A stretch of 64,000 nucleotides of DNA from a virus. The stretch's first letter is position 1, and each line of letters begins with the position of its first letter. The DNA lies in the IMG/VR virus record IMGVR_UViG_3300032050_013007, positions 18,254 through 82,253 of that record, one strand, 5' to 3'. The notes below the pieces were generated by a model. The model made no database searches. It saw only the letters and a program-made list of their open reading frames with translations, and was not told the DNA's origin. Positions 1-12,200 of the stretch are shown here, piece after piece. The position numbers were made by a program, and so were the translations under genes.

Positions 1-3000
1 CCCTTATCAATGTTTATTATTGTGGTTAGGAAACTTGTGGTATCTCCTGACAATCCGTCTGTTGCGGTTATACCTGTAATTCCTTGTTGTTGTGTATTTG
101 TTATAGTTATAAGACCATTGTTATTTGACGATACCGATATTCCGTTTCCATTGGTTATCGCACTAACAGGTAGATTTTGATATGTTGTTGCAGATATTGT
201 ATTTGCGGTTAAACCATCTGTAAAAATGGTCGCCCCTGATACAGTACCACCTGTAAAATTAGAACCTGTTGTGCCTGTAAATGATATTGTAAAATTACCA
301 TTACTACCTGTGACTGATATGTTATCACCGCCAGTAAGACCACTAACAGGTAAATTTTGATATGTTGTTGCAGATATTGTTGTTGCGGTAATGCCATCAT
401 TAAATAATTGACCTACTGAAAAAATATTATTTACATTCTTATACGCAACATTTGCATATTCCGAGCTTGTTAAATGGTAATATTGACCGGCCGAACCACC
501 TTGTATTCCTGTTAAATCATTGTGGGATTGTACTGTTGTTGGTTGGAATACTTGTACGAATGCGCTTTCCACAATACCCGTTGTTGCACTAACTTGTACG
601 ATAATTCTTCCTGTTAAAAACGCATGTGATGTTATTAATTCAGGTAAATTAGGTTCGGTTGATAATTGGGCTTCGGACACCGTATCGTACTCATCGGTAC
701 TCCAAACTTCATATAAATGGTCGTTAACTTCTTGTCCTCTAAAATACCAATTGACAAGATATTTTCCTGCAGTTGCTAGTACTTTATCAGTACTTGTATC
801 ATAATATAAATTATTTAAAGTATTCGAAGTTGTAGTATAAACCCAAGTACTTCCACTATGATAGCTTTGGAAAAATACGTCATCTTGACTATTAACGGCA
901 ACTAATGATTGTCTGTTTGTCGCATTCCAAGCAATACCTCCCGATAAAGTTACAACACCTGTTGACCCACTTAGTGCCAATGAAAATCCACTTTCCCTTG
1001 CAAATCTGTCAGTTGCGATAATCCTATCATTTAATTTATTTGGTAAACCGGCACCTTCATTACCAAAATCTAAAACATGAACAAAATTGTTTGCTCTATA
1101 AACAATTAAATATAGAACAATATTACTATCATTAATTGTTGAGTTATCGGTCAATACATCATAAACGGGAGAACCACCGTTATAATTTATTACAATATAA
1201 TTTGTATCGTTATTGGACAACGCTGGTAATCCTCCACTTCCGGTTGTTGCGGATGTTACTACATAAACCTCAACACTTCCCGTAAATACAGCATTATTAT
1301 ATAATGCAACTTGTGTGGTTGGGAAAGTCATTGTCCCATCATTATTGTTAATCCATAAATCTGAATTCACAATAACCCCCGCATTATAATTAGGAACATT
1401 ATAATAAGTTGTTGCCGATATTGTATTGGCGCTTAAACCACCTGTAAAAATGGTTGCACCTGATACAGTTCCTCCTGTAAAATTAGAACCTGTGGTTCCT
1501 GTAAATGATATTGTAAAATTACCGTTGGCTCCCGTTATAGAAATGTTATTCCCTTCCGTTAAACCGCTAACAGGTAAATTCTGATATGTTGTTGCTGATA
1601 TTGTATTGGCGGTTAAACCTCCTGTAAATTGAGTTCCACCTGTTACAGTACCTCCACTTAATGGTAGGTAATCTCCCGATAAAGAACTACCAGTATAGGC
1701 AGATAAACTAATTGTAAATGCGGAGTATTGGTCTTTTCTATTTTGAGATAATGTTATCACATCATTATTCAATGAAAAACCTGTAACAAATGTGTCTCCA
1801 CTTCCACCAATAGATGTTGATAAACCAACTTGTTTTGCGACAATAATTACCGAAGGAGAATCAGGTCTTGTCGGTGTTGTTAAACCACTTAATGCGGTTA
1901 ATTGAACATATTGACTGTCAGATGAAAAATAAAATTCAACATAATCACCAGCATTTAACTCAAGTATATAAGAAACAAATGGTAATTGATATACACTGTT
2001 AGCAACTAATCCAAGAGTTGATGAACTCCGCTCAACATCTTGTCCATTTATTTTGGCCCAAATTGTTACATCGGCCTCCGTCCCTTGTGTTTTTTCTATT
2101 TGGGCGGAATATCCAATTTCATAAACACCCGTATTTTGTACTGTGATTTTAGTATTATCAACAACACTAATACCATTAGATATTTCAGTTGTATTATATT
2201 TCCAAACTGTCGCAATATTCGCACCACTTACAGGTTGGTTTGTTGAGTCAGAAAAACTTCCGTAATAATTTGCAGAAAAACCGGTTGCGGTTAAACCTGT
2301 TACGGTAAATGTTCCTCCTGAATTATTCGTAAATAATATTTCACTTCCGTTATAAGTACCTCCTGTTACATATACATCAAATCCTGAAGAACCTGATGAC
2401 CCACCAGTTCCTGCTGAAAATATTAATGTATTATTTGCACCTGAAATAATGTTAAGATTGATTCCACTAAAATTAATAAATGTATTTGTGTTGGCGGAGA
2501 ATTGTGGTGTTCCGTTAATATTAACAGAATGGAATACATGAGATAAATTACCACCATTTCCAAGAAATGTTGTACCTGATATTGCTCCGTCAGCTCTTAT
2601 AAATGAAGTTATAGTTCCTCCTGAACTAATTCCTTGTATTAGTTGAGCAACAGTATCGGCACTGGTTGTTCCATTTTTAATAGATATTCCATCTAATGTA
2701 GAATTAATTGTGATTTCAGGTTCAGATGAATTAAGATACGCTTGTTGTAGAGTAGTTGTTCCGATACCTCCAGCAGCACCAACCGTTTCACCAAATTTAG
2801 AAACTAAAAAGATTTGAGCTCTTGAGGTATCTGATAAATTATCACAGGTACTTGTAATACTTAAAATACCTATTAATATTGCGTTATTTGTAAAATTTGG
2901 AAAAACCGTAAATGTTTCTGTTTGAATTCCTGCAATTGCGGCGGATAATTGATTATATTCTTCTTGCCCATATTGAATCCTAAATTGTCCGTTTTGAAGT

Positions 3001-4781
3001 AAATAAATTCTTTGGTTGGTTGATTTAACTCCTGATACTGGAGTCACTACCCCACCATCGTCCCATTTAGTTGGGTCTATTTGAGTTACATTTGTAACAC
3101 TACCTCCTGTTTGGGTTCTGTATTGAAATGTACATGGGGATTGACCCGGAATAGTTACCGCATTTGGTTGCAAAGTATTAACTGAGAAATTAATACCTAA
3201 ACCATATATAAAACCCGCACTTGTATTAAATGTAAGTCCAGTATTTACCGATGGATAAACTCCACCATTTATAAGATTTATTGGTGCAAAAACATCACGA
3301 AGCTGTGCAAGTGGAGATAATACAAAATCAGGTTGACTAAAAACAAGATTGATTGATGTTTTTTCAGGGTGACCGATTTTACCTAAAAATATATTTTGTC
3401 TTCTTTGTTGTTCTGTTAGTGGAGTTGCCTGTTGACCGATTGTTGCCCCACTTGTTAAATAAACGAATGTCTCAAAGGCAGTGTTTACATAAATGTCAGT
3501 ATGAGTTCCACCACTATAATCAACATAATAAATTTGAGGTGATAATGGGTTTGATGTGTCATCAACTATCCATCCTTTAACTCTTGCTACTGAGAATTGT
3601 GTTGATGAAACTTTTGATAATCCCGAGAATTCAAAAACACCAGTTGAGTTGTTAACTGTACTTCTGTCCTGTCCCAAAATCACCCATTGAGCCCCATTAC
3701 TAACAAGTTGAGCAGCGTTGGTTTCACTTAAAATTAATAAATTTTTATCATCAATTTTTTCACTTCCAAAAGGTAAGATTGTTACCGCCCCACCACCATT
3801 ATTTTTAATCGCAAGTAATCTTCCCTGAACTCCTACAGCAGTTGGTAATTGGACATTAAATGTTCCACCAGTAACATCAACCATATAATCAAAATCGGTT
3901 ACAGTGTATGTACTACTAACTGTTTTTTGAGGAAATGTTATTCCTCCCGTTGATGTAAGTCCGCTAGTCCTTGTTAGACCTGAAACAAATAAAGTATTTG
4001 CACTTAATCCACTTGTAAAATATGTGTTACCTGAGACTGTACCTCCACTTAATGGAAGATAATCACCTGATAAAGAACTACCGGTGTATGCCGATAAACT
4101 AATTGTAAACGCGGAGTATTGGTCAGTTCTATTTTGAGATAATGTGATTATATTATTATTTAAACTAAAACCTGTAACATAAGAATCAGGATAATTTAAA
4201 TAAGTTGTTGCAGATATTGTAGTTGCGTAGATATTTCCCTCCACCGATAAATCGGCATAAATTGAAACATCGTCATTAAATATTGAAGTTGAGGTTACTT
4301 GTAATGTGGTTAAATCGGTTTGCCCAAGAACCGATATGTTTTGAAAATTAGCGGTATAGGCGGTTAGTGAATTGATATCAACACCTGAATTAAATGATGT
4401 AAACCCGCTTACTGTACCACCACTTAATGATAGGAAATAATTAGCCAAATCTGATGTTCCTGTAAAACTAACAACAACATTACCAGTTGTAGGAGATACG
4501 GCAATTCCATCAGTACCTGTCACACTTGTAACTCCTGATGATGGTGTTGCGGCAGTTACAGGAGCCCAAATGGCATTACCAAACGAATCACAAGTTAAAA
4601 CATAACCAAGTTGTTCCGTACCGTTTGAATATGTAAAACTATCATTAACCGTTAACCCTGATTGAAAAACGGGATTAACAGGGACCGCACCACCAATTCT
4701 ATAAACTATACCATCACCAAAATTACATTGTAGGACATAATTATATGAATCTTTAATTAATTGGTCTTTAATATCTGCCAT
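1..4781 (-). CDS. Large modular tail-fibre/adhesin-like virion protein (partial, >1590 aa, runs off the left edge)
   Basis: ATG at 4781 (MADIKDQLIKDSYNYVLQCNFGDG...). The frame is open in the segments I translated and still in frame at the left edge (...GLSGDTTSFLTTIINIDK). It is absent from the ORF track, as expected if there is no stop in the window. G/S/T-rich, repeated SGGTVSG/ANTISATTY-NLP linkers, C1q/BclA-like domain at about 1820-2270. TATTTAT motif at 4811. Confidence 0.85.
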   Translation of the reverse strand, partial: MADIKDQLIKDSYNYVLQCNFGDGIVYRIGGAVPVNPVFQSGLTVNDSFTYSNGTEQLGYVLTCDSFGNAIWAPVTAATPSSGVTSVTGTDGIAVSPTTGNVVVSFTGTSDLANYFLSLSGGTVSGFTSFNSGVDINSLTAYTANFQNISVLGQTDLTTLQVTSTSIFNDDVSIYADLSVEGNIYATTISATTYLNYPDSYVTGFSLNNNIITLSQNRTDQYSAFTISLSAYTGSSLSGDYLPLSGGTVSGNTYFTSGLSANTLFVSGLTRTSGLTSTGGITFPQKTVSSTYTVTDFDYMVDVTGGTFNVQLPTAVGVQGRLLAIKNNGGGAVTILPFGSEKIDDKNLLILSETNAAQLVSNGAQWVILGQDRSTVNNSTGVFEFSGLSKVSSTQFSVARVKGWIVDDTSNPLSPQIYYVDYSGGTHTDIYVNTAFETFVYLTSGATIGQQATPLTEQQRRQNIFLGKIGHPEKTSINLVFSQPDFVLSPLAQLRDVFAPINLINGGVYPSVNTGLTFNTSAGFIYGLGINFSVNTLQPNAVTIPGQSPCTFQYRTQTGGSVTNVTQIDPTKWDDGGVVTPVSGVKSTNQRIYLLQNGQFRIQYGQEEYNQLSAAIAGIQTETFTVFPNFTNNAILIGILSITSTCDNLSDTSRAQIFLVSKFGETVGAAGGIGTTTLQQAYLNSSEPEITINSTLDGISIKNGTTSADTVAQLIQGISSGGTITSFIRADGAISGTTFLGNGGNLSHVFHSVNINGTPQFSANTNTFINFSGINLNIISGANNTLIFSAGTGGSSGSSGFDVYVTGGTYNGSEILFTNNSGGTFTVTGLTATGFSANYYGSFSDSTNQPVSGANIATVWKYNTTEISNGISVVDNTKITVQNTGVYEIGYSAQIEKTQGTEADVTIWAKINGQDVERSSSTLGLVANSVYQLPFVSYILELNAGDYVEFYFSSDSQYVQLTALSGLTTPTRPDSPSVIIVAKQVGLSTSIGGSGDTFVTGFSLNNDVITLSQNRKDQYSAFTISLSAYTGSSLSGDYLPLSGGTVTGGTQFTGGLTANTISATTYQNLPVSGLTEGNNISITGANGNFTISFTGTTGSNFTGGTVSGATIFTGGLSANTISATTYYNVPNYNAGVIVNSDLWINNNDGTMTFPTTQVALYNNAVFTGSVEVYVVTSATTGSGGLPALSNNDTNYIVINYNGGSPVYDVLTDNSTINDSNIVLYLIVYRANNFVHVLDFGNEGAGLPNKLNDRIIATDRFARESGFSLALSGSTGVVTLSGGIAWNATNRQSLVAVNSQDDVFFQSYHSGSTWVYTTTSNTLNNLYYDTSTDKVLATAGKYLVNWYFRGQEVNDHLYEVWSTDEYDTVSEAQLSTEPNLPELITSHAFLTGRIIVQVSATTGIVESAFVQVFQPTTVQSHNDLTGIQGGSAGQYYHLTSSEYANVAYKNVNNIFSVGQLFNDGITATTISATTYQNLPVSGLTGGDNISVTGSNGNFTISFTGTTGSNFTGGTVSGATIFTDGLTANTISATTYQNLPVSAITNGNGISVSSNNNGLITITNTQQQGITGITATDGLSGDTTSFLTTIINIDK
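160..4210. repeat. Dispersed intragenic repeats of linker modules in the tail-fibre gene
   Basis: About 180-390 closely matches about 1405-1615 (e.g. tgatacagt.cc.cctgtaaaattagaacctgt...tgtaaatgatattgtaaaattacc). About 1645-1790 matches about 4035-4180 (gtacctccacttaatgg...gcggagtattggtc...attttgagataatgt). Confidence 0.85.
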
Positions 4782-4825
4782 TATTTAATTTTACAAATTT
4801 TGTAGTACTAATAAATAGTGATAAA

Positions 4826-5323
4826 TTAGATTCCAGGAGGACAAACTCCATTAACACAATTACCCAAAATTGTAATAGTCAAAATTGGGTCATCTGTGGT
4901 CGGGGTATTACCACATCTTTCTAATATATTACCAGCAGTAACTGAACGAGCAATTAGTATACCGTCACATCTAATATAAGTAATATCTATATCACTACCT
5001 GACGCAGTATTATCAAACTGAATACAGAAACAATTTTGGTTTGCTTCAGGTGTTGGGGTTGGGGTTGGTGTATACGAAGGTGTTATAGTCACACTTGGTG
5101 TTGGTAACAAACATCCAATATTATAAAATAATTCACACCCGTTTGCATCTATTAGTTTAACTATAACTGACGGAGCTCCGGTTAAACCAATCGGTAAATC
5201 AATATATAATGGAAAAACTGAAACTCCAGTTGCCGCCGAATAACAATAAGTTATTGTCGTATCACAAACATAAACATCATAAGGCGCGACTCCTGTTACA
5301 TTATTTATTTCTATAACTTGCAT
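4826..5323 (-). CDS. Small Cys-rich, Thr/Pro-linker protein, probably virion-associated
   Basis: 165-aa ORF with a TPTPTP linker and a C-terminal Cys module similar to ones in the 2671-aa protein. Upstream TATTTAT motif at 5353. Confidence 0.75.
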   Translation of the reverse strand: MQVIEINNVTGVAPYDVYVCDTTITYCYSAATGVSVFPLYIDLPIGLTGAPSVIVKLIDANGCELFYNIGCLLPTPSVTITPSYTPTPTPTPEANQNCFCIQFDNTASGSDIDITYIRCDGILIARSVTAGNILERCGNTPTTDDPILTITILGNCVNGVCPPGI

Positions 5324-5400
5324 TACTATAAAATAATTCTTTTGTTTTCAGTATAAATAGAAAAACTTTAACTTTATTCTTTTTGGCTTATTTATATTAA

Positions 5401-5748
5401 ATGGCAACAATATGTTACTCGTGGGACGACGCTCCTTTTAAATGGTTAGAAACTCCTTTCACTTGGGCTGAAGGTTGTGTAATTGAAAAACTTATTGTTG
5501 GAGGTGCTGGTGGTATGCAATCCATCAGACGATTTAGAGAAAGAGTAAAACAACTATCGGACGAGGATAAAAAAGTTCTTATAAATCTTTTTATAAGATT
5601 AGAGGTTGACGAAATTGTTTTTGAAAGAAGAGTTAATAAAAATAAAAACACTAAAGTTAAATTAAGATTAAAAGATATTGAAGTAACCAAAGGGATTCAA
5701 AAAAATATCAAAGTCAATGTAAATTTAAAAGATAAAGATATTTATTAA
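5401..5748 (+). CDS. Hypothetical protein
   Basis: 115-aa ORF with a TATTTAT motif at about 5389-5395 just upstream of the ATG. Confidence 0.75.
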   Translation: MATICYSWDDAPFKWLETPFTWAEGCVIEKLIVGGAGGMQSIRRFRERVKQLSDEDKKVLINLFIRLEVDEIVFERRVNKNKNTKVKLRLKDIEVTKGIQKNIKVNVNLKDKDIY

Positions 5749-5749
5749 T

Positions 5750-6214
5750 ATGATTTACAATTTATACACAGATAAACCTAATAAGTTCAATTGTAATATT
5801 GAAATTGAAGGAACTTCTTTATCTAAATCTAGAGTTAGATTAGTTGTTGAAACTGAAGATATGTCGTATATGTTTAACGGCAGAATAGAAAATAATGGTC
5901 TTTGTGAGGTTAATATTCCAAAAACCAAACATTTTTTACCTGAGGGTTCTCAAGGTCTAATGAGGCTTGAGGTTATTGCCGACGATGTATATTTTGAACC
6001 TTGGTCATCACAATTCAACGTTAAAACAAATAAAAAAGTAAATGTGGTAGTTTCTGAACAAGTGGAAGAAAAACCAAAGTTAAGAGTTCAAGTAATGGAA
6101 CAACCACAAGAAGAACCAAAACCAAGAATTGTAGAGACCAAAAAATCTCAACCAAATCCCCCAAAAAAGGTTGAGATTACAAAAGAACAATTACTCAGAA
6201 GATTGAGTCGATAA
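5750..6214 (+). CDS. Hypothetical protein
   Basis: 154-aa ORF with GATATTTATT at 5737 upstream, followed by a terminator hairpin. Confidence 0.8.
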   Translation: MIYNLYTDKPNKFNCNIEIEGTSLSKSRVRLVVETEDMSYMFNGRIENNGLCEVNIPKTKHFLPEGSQGLMRLEVIADDVYFEPWSSQFNVKTNKKVNVVVSEQVEEKPKLRVQVMEQPQEEPKPRIVETKKSQPNPPKKVEITKEQLLRRLSR

Positions 6215-6216
6215 AT

Positions 6217-6246
6217 AAAAAACCCTCAAATGTGAGGGTTTTTTTT
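6217..6246. terminator. Bidirectional intrinsic terminator
   Basis: aaaaaaccctc-aaatgt-gagggtttttttt between convergent genes. Confidence 0.85.
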
Positions 6247-6261
6247 ATGCTAATATTTTTA

Positions 6262-9200
6262 TTAGATACCTGGACCGGTGGAACAATCTGATGGGAATAA
6301 CGGACCAAAAGAATTACTCGGCTTTAACTCACATGTTGTCGTACATGAGAAATATATTCCAGTACCAGCTAATAAATCGTAATCTGTCACAAACAGTAAC
6401 TGCGGATTATTGAATGGATACGCGCAAACACAGTTTGGTTGAGCGTAAACTCTAGTTGATGGGGTTTGATATAAATCAATTATACCCGTAGGATATCCTG
6501 TGGCATACTGTACTTGAGCTTGGTTAGCACCAGCACACCACCAAGCCTCCCAACATGGAAGTAATAATGCTGCCCCTGGGAATGATTTACAGGCGAATGT
6601 GGTACCATTAATTGGATTTATAATACTAATACCTGTAAATCCACTAATATATTGAGCGGGAGATAAATTACATTCAGGGGTTTTTGTTGGGGTATTTGTT
6701 GGAGTCTTAGTAATAGTTTTAGTCGGTGTTTGAGTTCTTGTTACGGTTGGTGTTTTAGTATTTGTTGGTGTTACGGTTGGTGTTTTAGTATTTGTTAATG
6801 TTACGGTTGGTGTTTTAGTATTTGTAGGTGTAATTGTTTTAGTAGGTGTTATTGTTTTAGTTACTGTGTTGGTTGGGGTGTTAGTTTGTGTTGGTGTTTG
6901 TGTTGGGGTAGAGCTTGAACATATACAACCCGGGTTACTTGTTATAGTACCCGAAACACCAGTTGTTCTAACCACACTACTTGCACAACTAACAGTGTAT
7001 GATTCAGTTCCTGTTAAAGACACAGAACCAGTACTACTATCACAATATACAATTTCAAAAGTTTGTGGTTGAGATGAGCCTCCAGCGTATAGATACCAAG
7101 TTGTACAACAAACGCTTGTCTTAGTAGGTGTTGGGGTTTTAGTCTTAGTAGGCGTGATAGTAGGTGTTTTAGTTATTGTGTTTGAAGGTGTAATACTTAC
7201 ACTTATTGATGGTGTTTGTGTTTTAGTTGGAGTTTGTGTTTTAGTAATAGTAACACTTGGTGTTATTGAGTTTGTAGGGGTATATGTTGGTGTTGGGGTT
7301 TTGGTCGCCGCTATAGATTTTGTTAAAGTCTGAGTGATTGTATTAGTTGGAGTTAAAGTTTTTGTAGGCTCAATAGTCTTAGTTGGAGTTTTTGTCACCA
7401 TTGGAGTTGAGGTCGTTGTTTTTGTTGGTGTTATAGTATTTGTTGGAGTTTTTGTCACCTCAACACTATTTGTTGGAGTTTTAGTCACAGTTGGGGTTGA
7501 TGCCATTGATTTTGTAGGGGTTATGGTGTTTGTTGGAGTGTTTGTTGGTTCAATAGTCTTAGTTGGAGTTTTTGTTGGCGTTGGGGTTTTAGTACCTGTA
7601 TTGGTTGGTGTTGGACTTTCCGGTGCTCTTTCTGGAATATTTGTTTTAGTTACAGTTGGGGTTATGGTATTTGTTGGGGTTAAAGTTGGGGTTTTGGTTG
7701 GAGTTTTAGTTTGAGTTTTTGTTGGTTCAGGAGTATTTGTTTGTGTTTTAGTTTGAGTTAATGTTACAGTATTTGTTGGGGTTTTAGTAATTGTTGGCGT
7801 TGGTGTGTTAGTTAATCCAATTGTTAATGTTGGTGTGTGACTAGATGTATTTGTAACTGTAGTTGTGGGAGAAGGTAATGGTGTTTTGTCCGGCGTTTTT
7901 GTGGGGTCCAGTGTTCTTGTTACTGTTTTAGTTATCGTTACTGTTTGAGTTAAAGTTGGTGTTGAAGCCGGTGTTTTAGCAGGTGTCTTGGTTGGTGCAG
8001 GTGAGATTGCAATTGGTTCATAAGGAATGTAAGTAGGTGTTGGTGTGTTTGTTTGTGTTGGTGTTTTTGTTTGTGTTTTAGTTGGCTCAACTGTAGTTGT
8101 TTGAGTTGTCGTAGCCGTTGGTGTCTTGGTATTTGTTGGAGTAACTGTCGGTGTTTTTGTTTGAGTATTTGTAGGTTCCGCGGTACTTGTTTGAGTTTTA
8201 GTAACTGTTGGTGTTTTAGTAACTGTTGGTGTGACTGTTGGTGTTATATCATTTGTTCTTGTTATAGTGTTAGTAATAGTTTGAGTTGGGGTTTGATTTG
8301 GGGTTTTAGTGTTAGTAGGAGTTTGAGTATTAGTCTGAGTATTAGTTTGAGTTACGGTAGATGTTATTGTCATTGTTGGGGTAGGGGTTGGAGTCGTAGG
8401 TATTACTACAAATTCAAAGTCGCTTGGTGTACAAGCAGATACCTTACAATCAGGACAATCAGGATTAAACATCCTAAACTGAGTTGACCTTAACTGAAAA
8501 TTGTGTTTTACTTCCGGTGCTGATAGTGGCTCAACGTAAAATCTAAACTGTGATATACCACCCTCAAAGGTACCTGCAAAATTTTGTTCAAGTAATATAT
8601 TTGTCGTTAACCCACTTAAAGTTGTACCTGTTAAATCTACAGTAGGTAAACATTCGGGGTCTTGTTGGTAGGGGCCTGTTTTTCCACTACAACTAATAAA
8701 TGTTAGGTTTTCTCTCAGACCTTGTGTACCTCCACCCCACGACATGTTAAAAGGAACGCCAATTTGTTTTTCTTTATCGGTATTTAAGGCTCTTGGAATT
8801 ATCTCTTCAAAATCCTCAATCGTGTAGAATATTCTACCGTTTATATAAATTTTTAATCTACCTTTTCTATAATGTTCATCAATTAACCACTTTTCATTAA
8901 GTTGTACAATTTCAACTTCTAAATCTTCAGTTCCTCTTGTATATGGTGGGGAAATTAACGCCACTGAATTATTTGCAAGTGACTGTAAAAGTTGTTTTTC
9001 AGTAATATCACCTAAACCGCCTCTATAATATAAATCACACACATCTAACCAAGTGTATCTTTCCCAAACAAAGTCAACTTGGAACCAATGTTCTTCATCA
9101 AGATACGCCGGATTAATCGATTCACAATATGGATAAATTGGTGGTGAACAGTAATCGATAACCGTGTATCCTGTTGTGTATGAAACACCAGAATTAGAAC

Positions 9201-12200
9201 AAGTTCCAGTTGTTTCACAACCACCGGTAAATCTTAAAACACGAACCCCGATTTGAGGATTATTAGGTTCACCACATAATCTAAATGCTATATTATTTGA
9301 TAACGCATCCCATTTTGGGTCGGACTCACATGTATTTTCAATAGAATACTCAACCTCAACGGTTTTTTCAAATTCAAACTCAGTAGATATTGAATACGAA
9401 AATACTTCCTCAGAATAAATAACAATATTAGTAAATTCACTAACCCCGACATAATCTGAATATTCATCGTCAATAACAACTTTAGTTGACCCTGATATAG
9501 TACCCGCAGATATCGTTATACTCGAATTTATTGTGGTTATTTCACCATTAAGTTTTGGTAAAAGATTTGTAAAAGTTATTATAGTGTTTGTTTGTTGGAT
9601 AGAATCTGAGACTATTTTGAATTCGGCAATAAATGAACCTGAAGAATAATCGGCTAATAGATTAAAAGAAGAAGAATTTAATAATCCTAAATTTATACAA
9701 CTTTGTATTTGTGAAAACCCTTCAGATACTATTGGTCCATTTGAATATACTTGGGTTATGGTATTAGGGAAAGTTATTCTAAATGTACTTGGTGGAGTAC
9801 TTTTTCTTTGTAGATATAATTCGTTATTATATACAAATAAATTACCTGAATTAATTGTTGAATTTATTGAGGTTATATCTATTTCAGCTTCGGAACCTCC
9901 TGAAAAATTGTATTGAGTTAAATAAGTTTTTGACAAAACATTATTTCTACTCAAAATTAAATATTTACCTCCCGTGGTGTATAACAAACTTCCGTTAGGT
10001 ATTCTACCAGTTGGTAAACTAAATAAAATAGTTGTGGATGTTATTGTGGATGAAGTTAAAGTAACTCTGATTAATTGATTAGAGTTATTAAAGGTTACAA
10101 TTGTTTCATCGTCAATAGCAAAAATTGGACTAGTTGCCGCATTACTAATACCCGAACTATAGGTGTAATTTGCAACATTAGTACCACTAAAAGTTGGAGA
10201 GTTTGAATAAGAGAATTTCCTTATAACACCTGAACCTCTTACAAATATAAAGTTATTAGTTATTGCAATTGATTGTGATGAAGACAGTCTTGTTCCAATA
10301 TTTAAATAAGTTATAGTATTACTTGAATAGTTGTACGTATATATAAGCCCTGTTTGAGTATCTACCGCAACAATTGCACAAGAATCTATAGTGGTGTTAG
10401 GACATCCATTTACATCACAAGAACCTACAGAAACCGCAAACGATGTTGATGCGGTATATAGATTACTAGAGACACAAGCCTGTAAAACACCACCAGCAAC
10501 AATTGATTGTTGTATTGGTGGACTTATTAATTGACATGGCTGGTAGGTAACTGTAACTGAATTTGTACTTCCAGTATTAAAAAATCTAACACAATTACAA
10601 TCTAAAAGTGACGGTATACTTGGTGTATTAGTTGGAGTTAAAGTTGTGGTTGGTGTTATAGTTTTGGTTATAGTAGTAGTCGGAGTTAAAGTCGTGGTTG
10701 GAGTATTAGTTAAGGTTATATTTGTTGTTGGTGTTTGAGATGGGGTAGTTATAGGTGTTGATGTCTTTGTGTTAGTTATTGTTGGGGTTATTGTTGTTGT
10801 AGGAGTTTGAGATAAACTTAAATTAGTTGTATTGGTTATTGTTGTTGTAGGAGTTGGCGTAACTTTTGTTAATGTTGGAGTTTTTGTTAATGTTCTAGTA
10901 GGAGTTGGGGTTTGTGTTGATGTTCTAGTAGGAGTTGGCGTAACTTTTGTTAATGTTGGAGTTTTTGTTTGTGTTCTAGTAGGAGTTGGGGTAACTTTTG
11001 TTAATGTTGGAGTTTTTGTTAATGTTGGAGTTTTTGTTTGTGTTCTAGTAGGAGTTGGGGTAACTTTTGTTAATGTTGGAGTTTTTGTTAATGTTGGAGT
11101 TTTTGTTTGTGTTCTAGTAGGAGTTGGTGTAGGTGTTGGTGTTGTTAGAGTGCTAGTCGGTGTTGGAGTTACTGAAGTTTGTGTTTGTGTTATAGTTTGA
11201 GTTGGTGTAATTGATATTGACGGGATAGAAAAATTATTTATTCTGAATACCTTAACCCATCCGTTGTTGCCGGGGGTTTGTATAGACAAATTAATTTGGT
11301 CAAACGGTATTGAGGATGTAACTAAGATTCTAACTTGTCCTCCATCTCCATTTGGAATACTGGCACACTGTAACCCACCTGAAATTTGATTTTGGGAATA
11401 CTGTAACCCGCAACATCCTCCACACAATGATGCCGTAGTTGTTCCGCTATTAGCACTAAACGTCAATATGTCAGCGTTTTGTAAATTACTGAATTCGAAC
11501 GTAATACTTGATAGTTGAGTTGAGGAGCTCATCGTATAATTACCATACAACCCACCATTAGGTATTATTGAAGGTTGGGCGGCAACTGTAGTAATTGACG
11601 TGCAGTTAAATGAAACAAATGAAAATTGAGCACTTGGTGAATAGGTATTAGTTGATGTTCTAACAAAACTAACGTTATTTATAACCGTAGTAGACGTAAA
11701 CGGAAGGGCAACGTCATAAATTTTAAGACATGGTGAGTTAGATGTTTGGGTTGGGGTTGGAGTTGGTTTTGTTGGTGTTGGTGTAGTATATGTAGGTGTA
11801 ATAGTTTTAGTAGGAGTGTTTGTTGGTGTGGGTGTCTGTGTCACTATTGAACCTAAACAACTTAGTCCGTTAATATAATCAACCATTCTTCTCTGTGGTT
11901 GAGGTCCCAATATAAACTGCATTGTATTCCCATACGACATAATGGTTGCACCTGATGAAATACATCCTTGTCCGGCGGGGTTCAATATACTAGTGGTACA
12001 ATCACAGTTACTTCCAGTGCCTCCATCACAACAATCTAAACAACAATTACCATAAGTTGTAGTACTGGCACTTGTAAATGAACAATTCCAATTCGAAGCA
12101 AAAGTATGGTACGATGTAAAATTATGTCCTATCTCATGAACCGCAGCTGCGACATTCCAACAATTATTGGAGTTATAATACGGGTTACTACCAAAATTGG

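Noticed and set aside
209-3580. Short ORFs in the track and an apparently non-coding first 4.8 kb (possible recoding or pseudogene)
   Set aside because: Explained by one long minus-strand frame running off the window edge. Other genes read normally in code 11, so there is no sign of stop-codon reassignment.
160-4210. Near-identical repeat pairs as a possible DGR template/variable region
   Set aside because: Differences are not adenine-specific, both copies are coding within one gene, and there is no reverse transcriptase in the window.
10850-11120. Regular repeats resembling a CRISPR array
   Set aside because: In-frame coding tandem repeats without unique spacers. No cas genes.
6866-11200. 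Val/Gly-rich or Cys/Trp-rich + strand ORFs (6866, 7334, 8053, 10832)
   Set aside because: They are antisense shadows of the Thr/Pro repeats in the 2671-aa gene.
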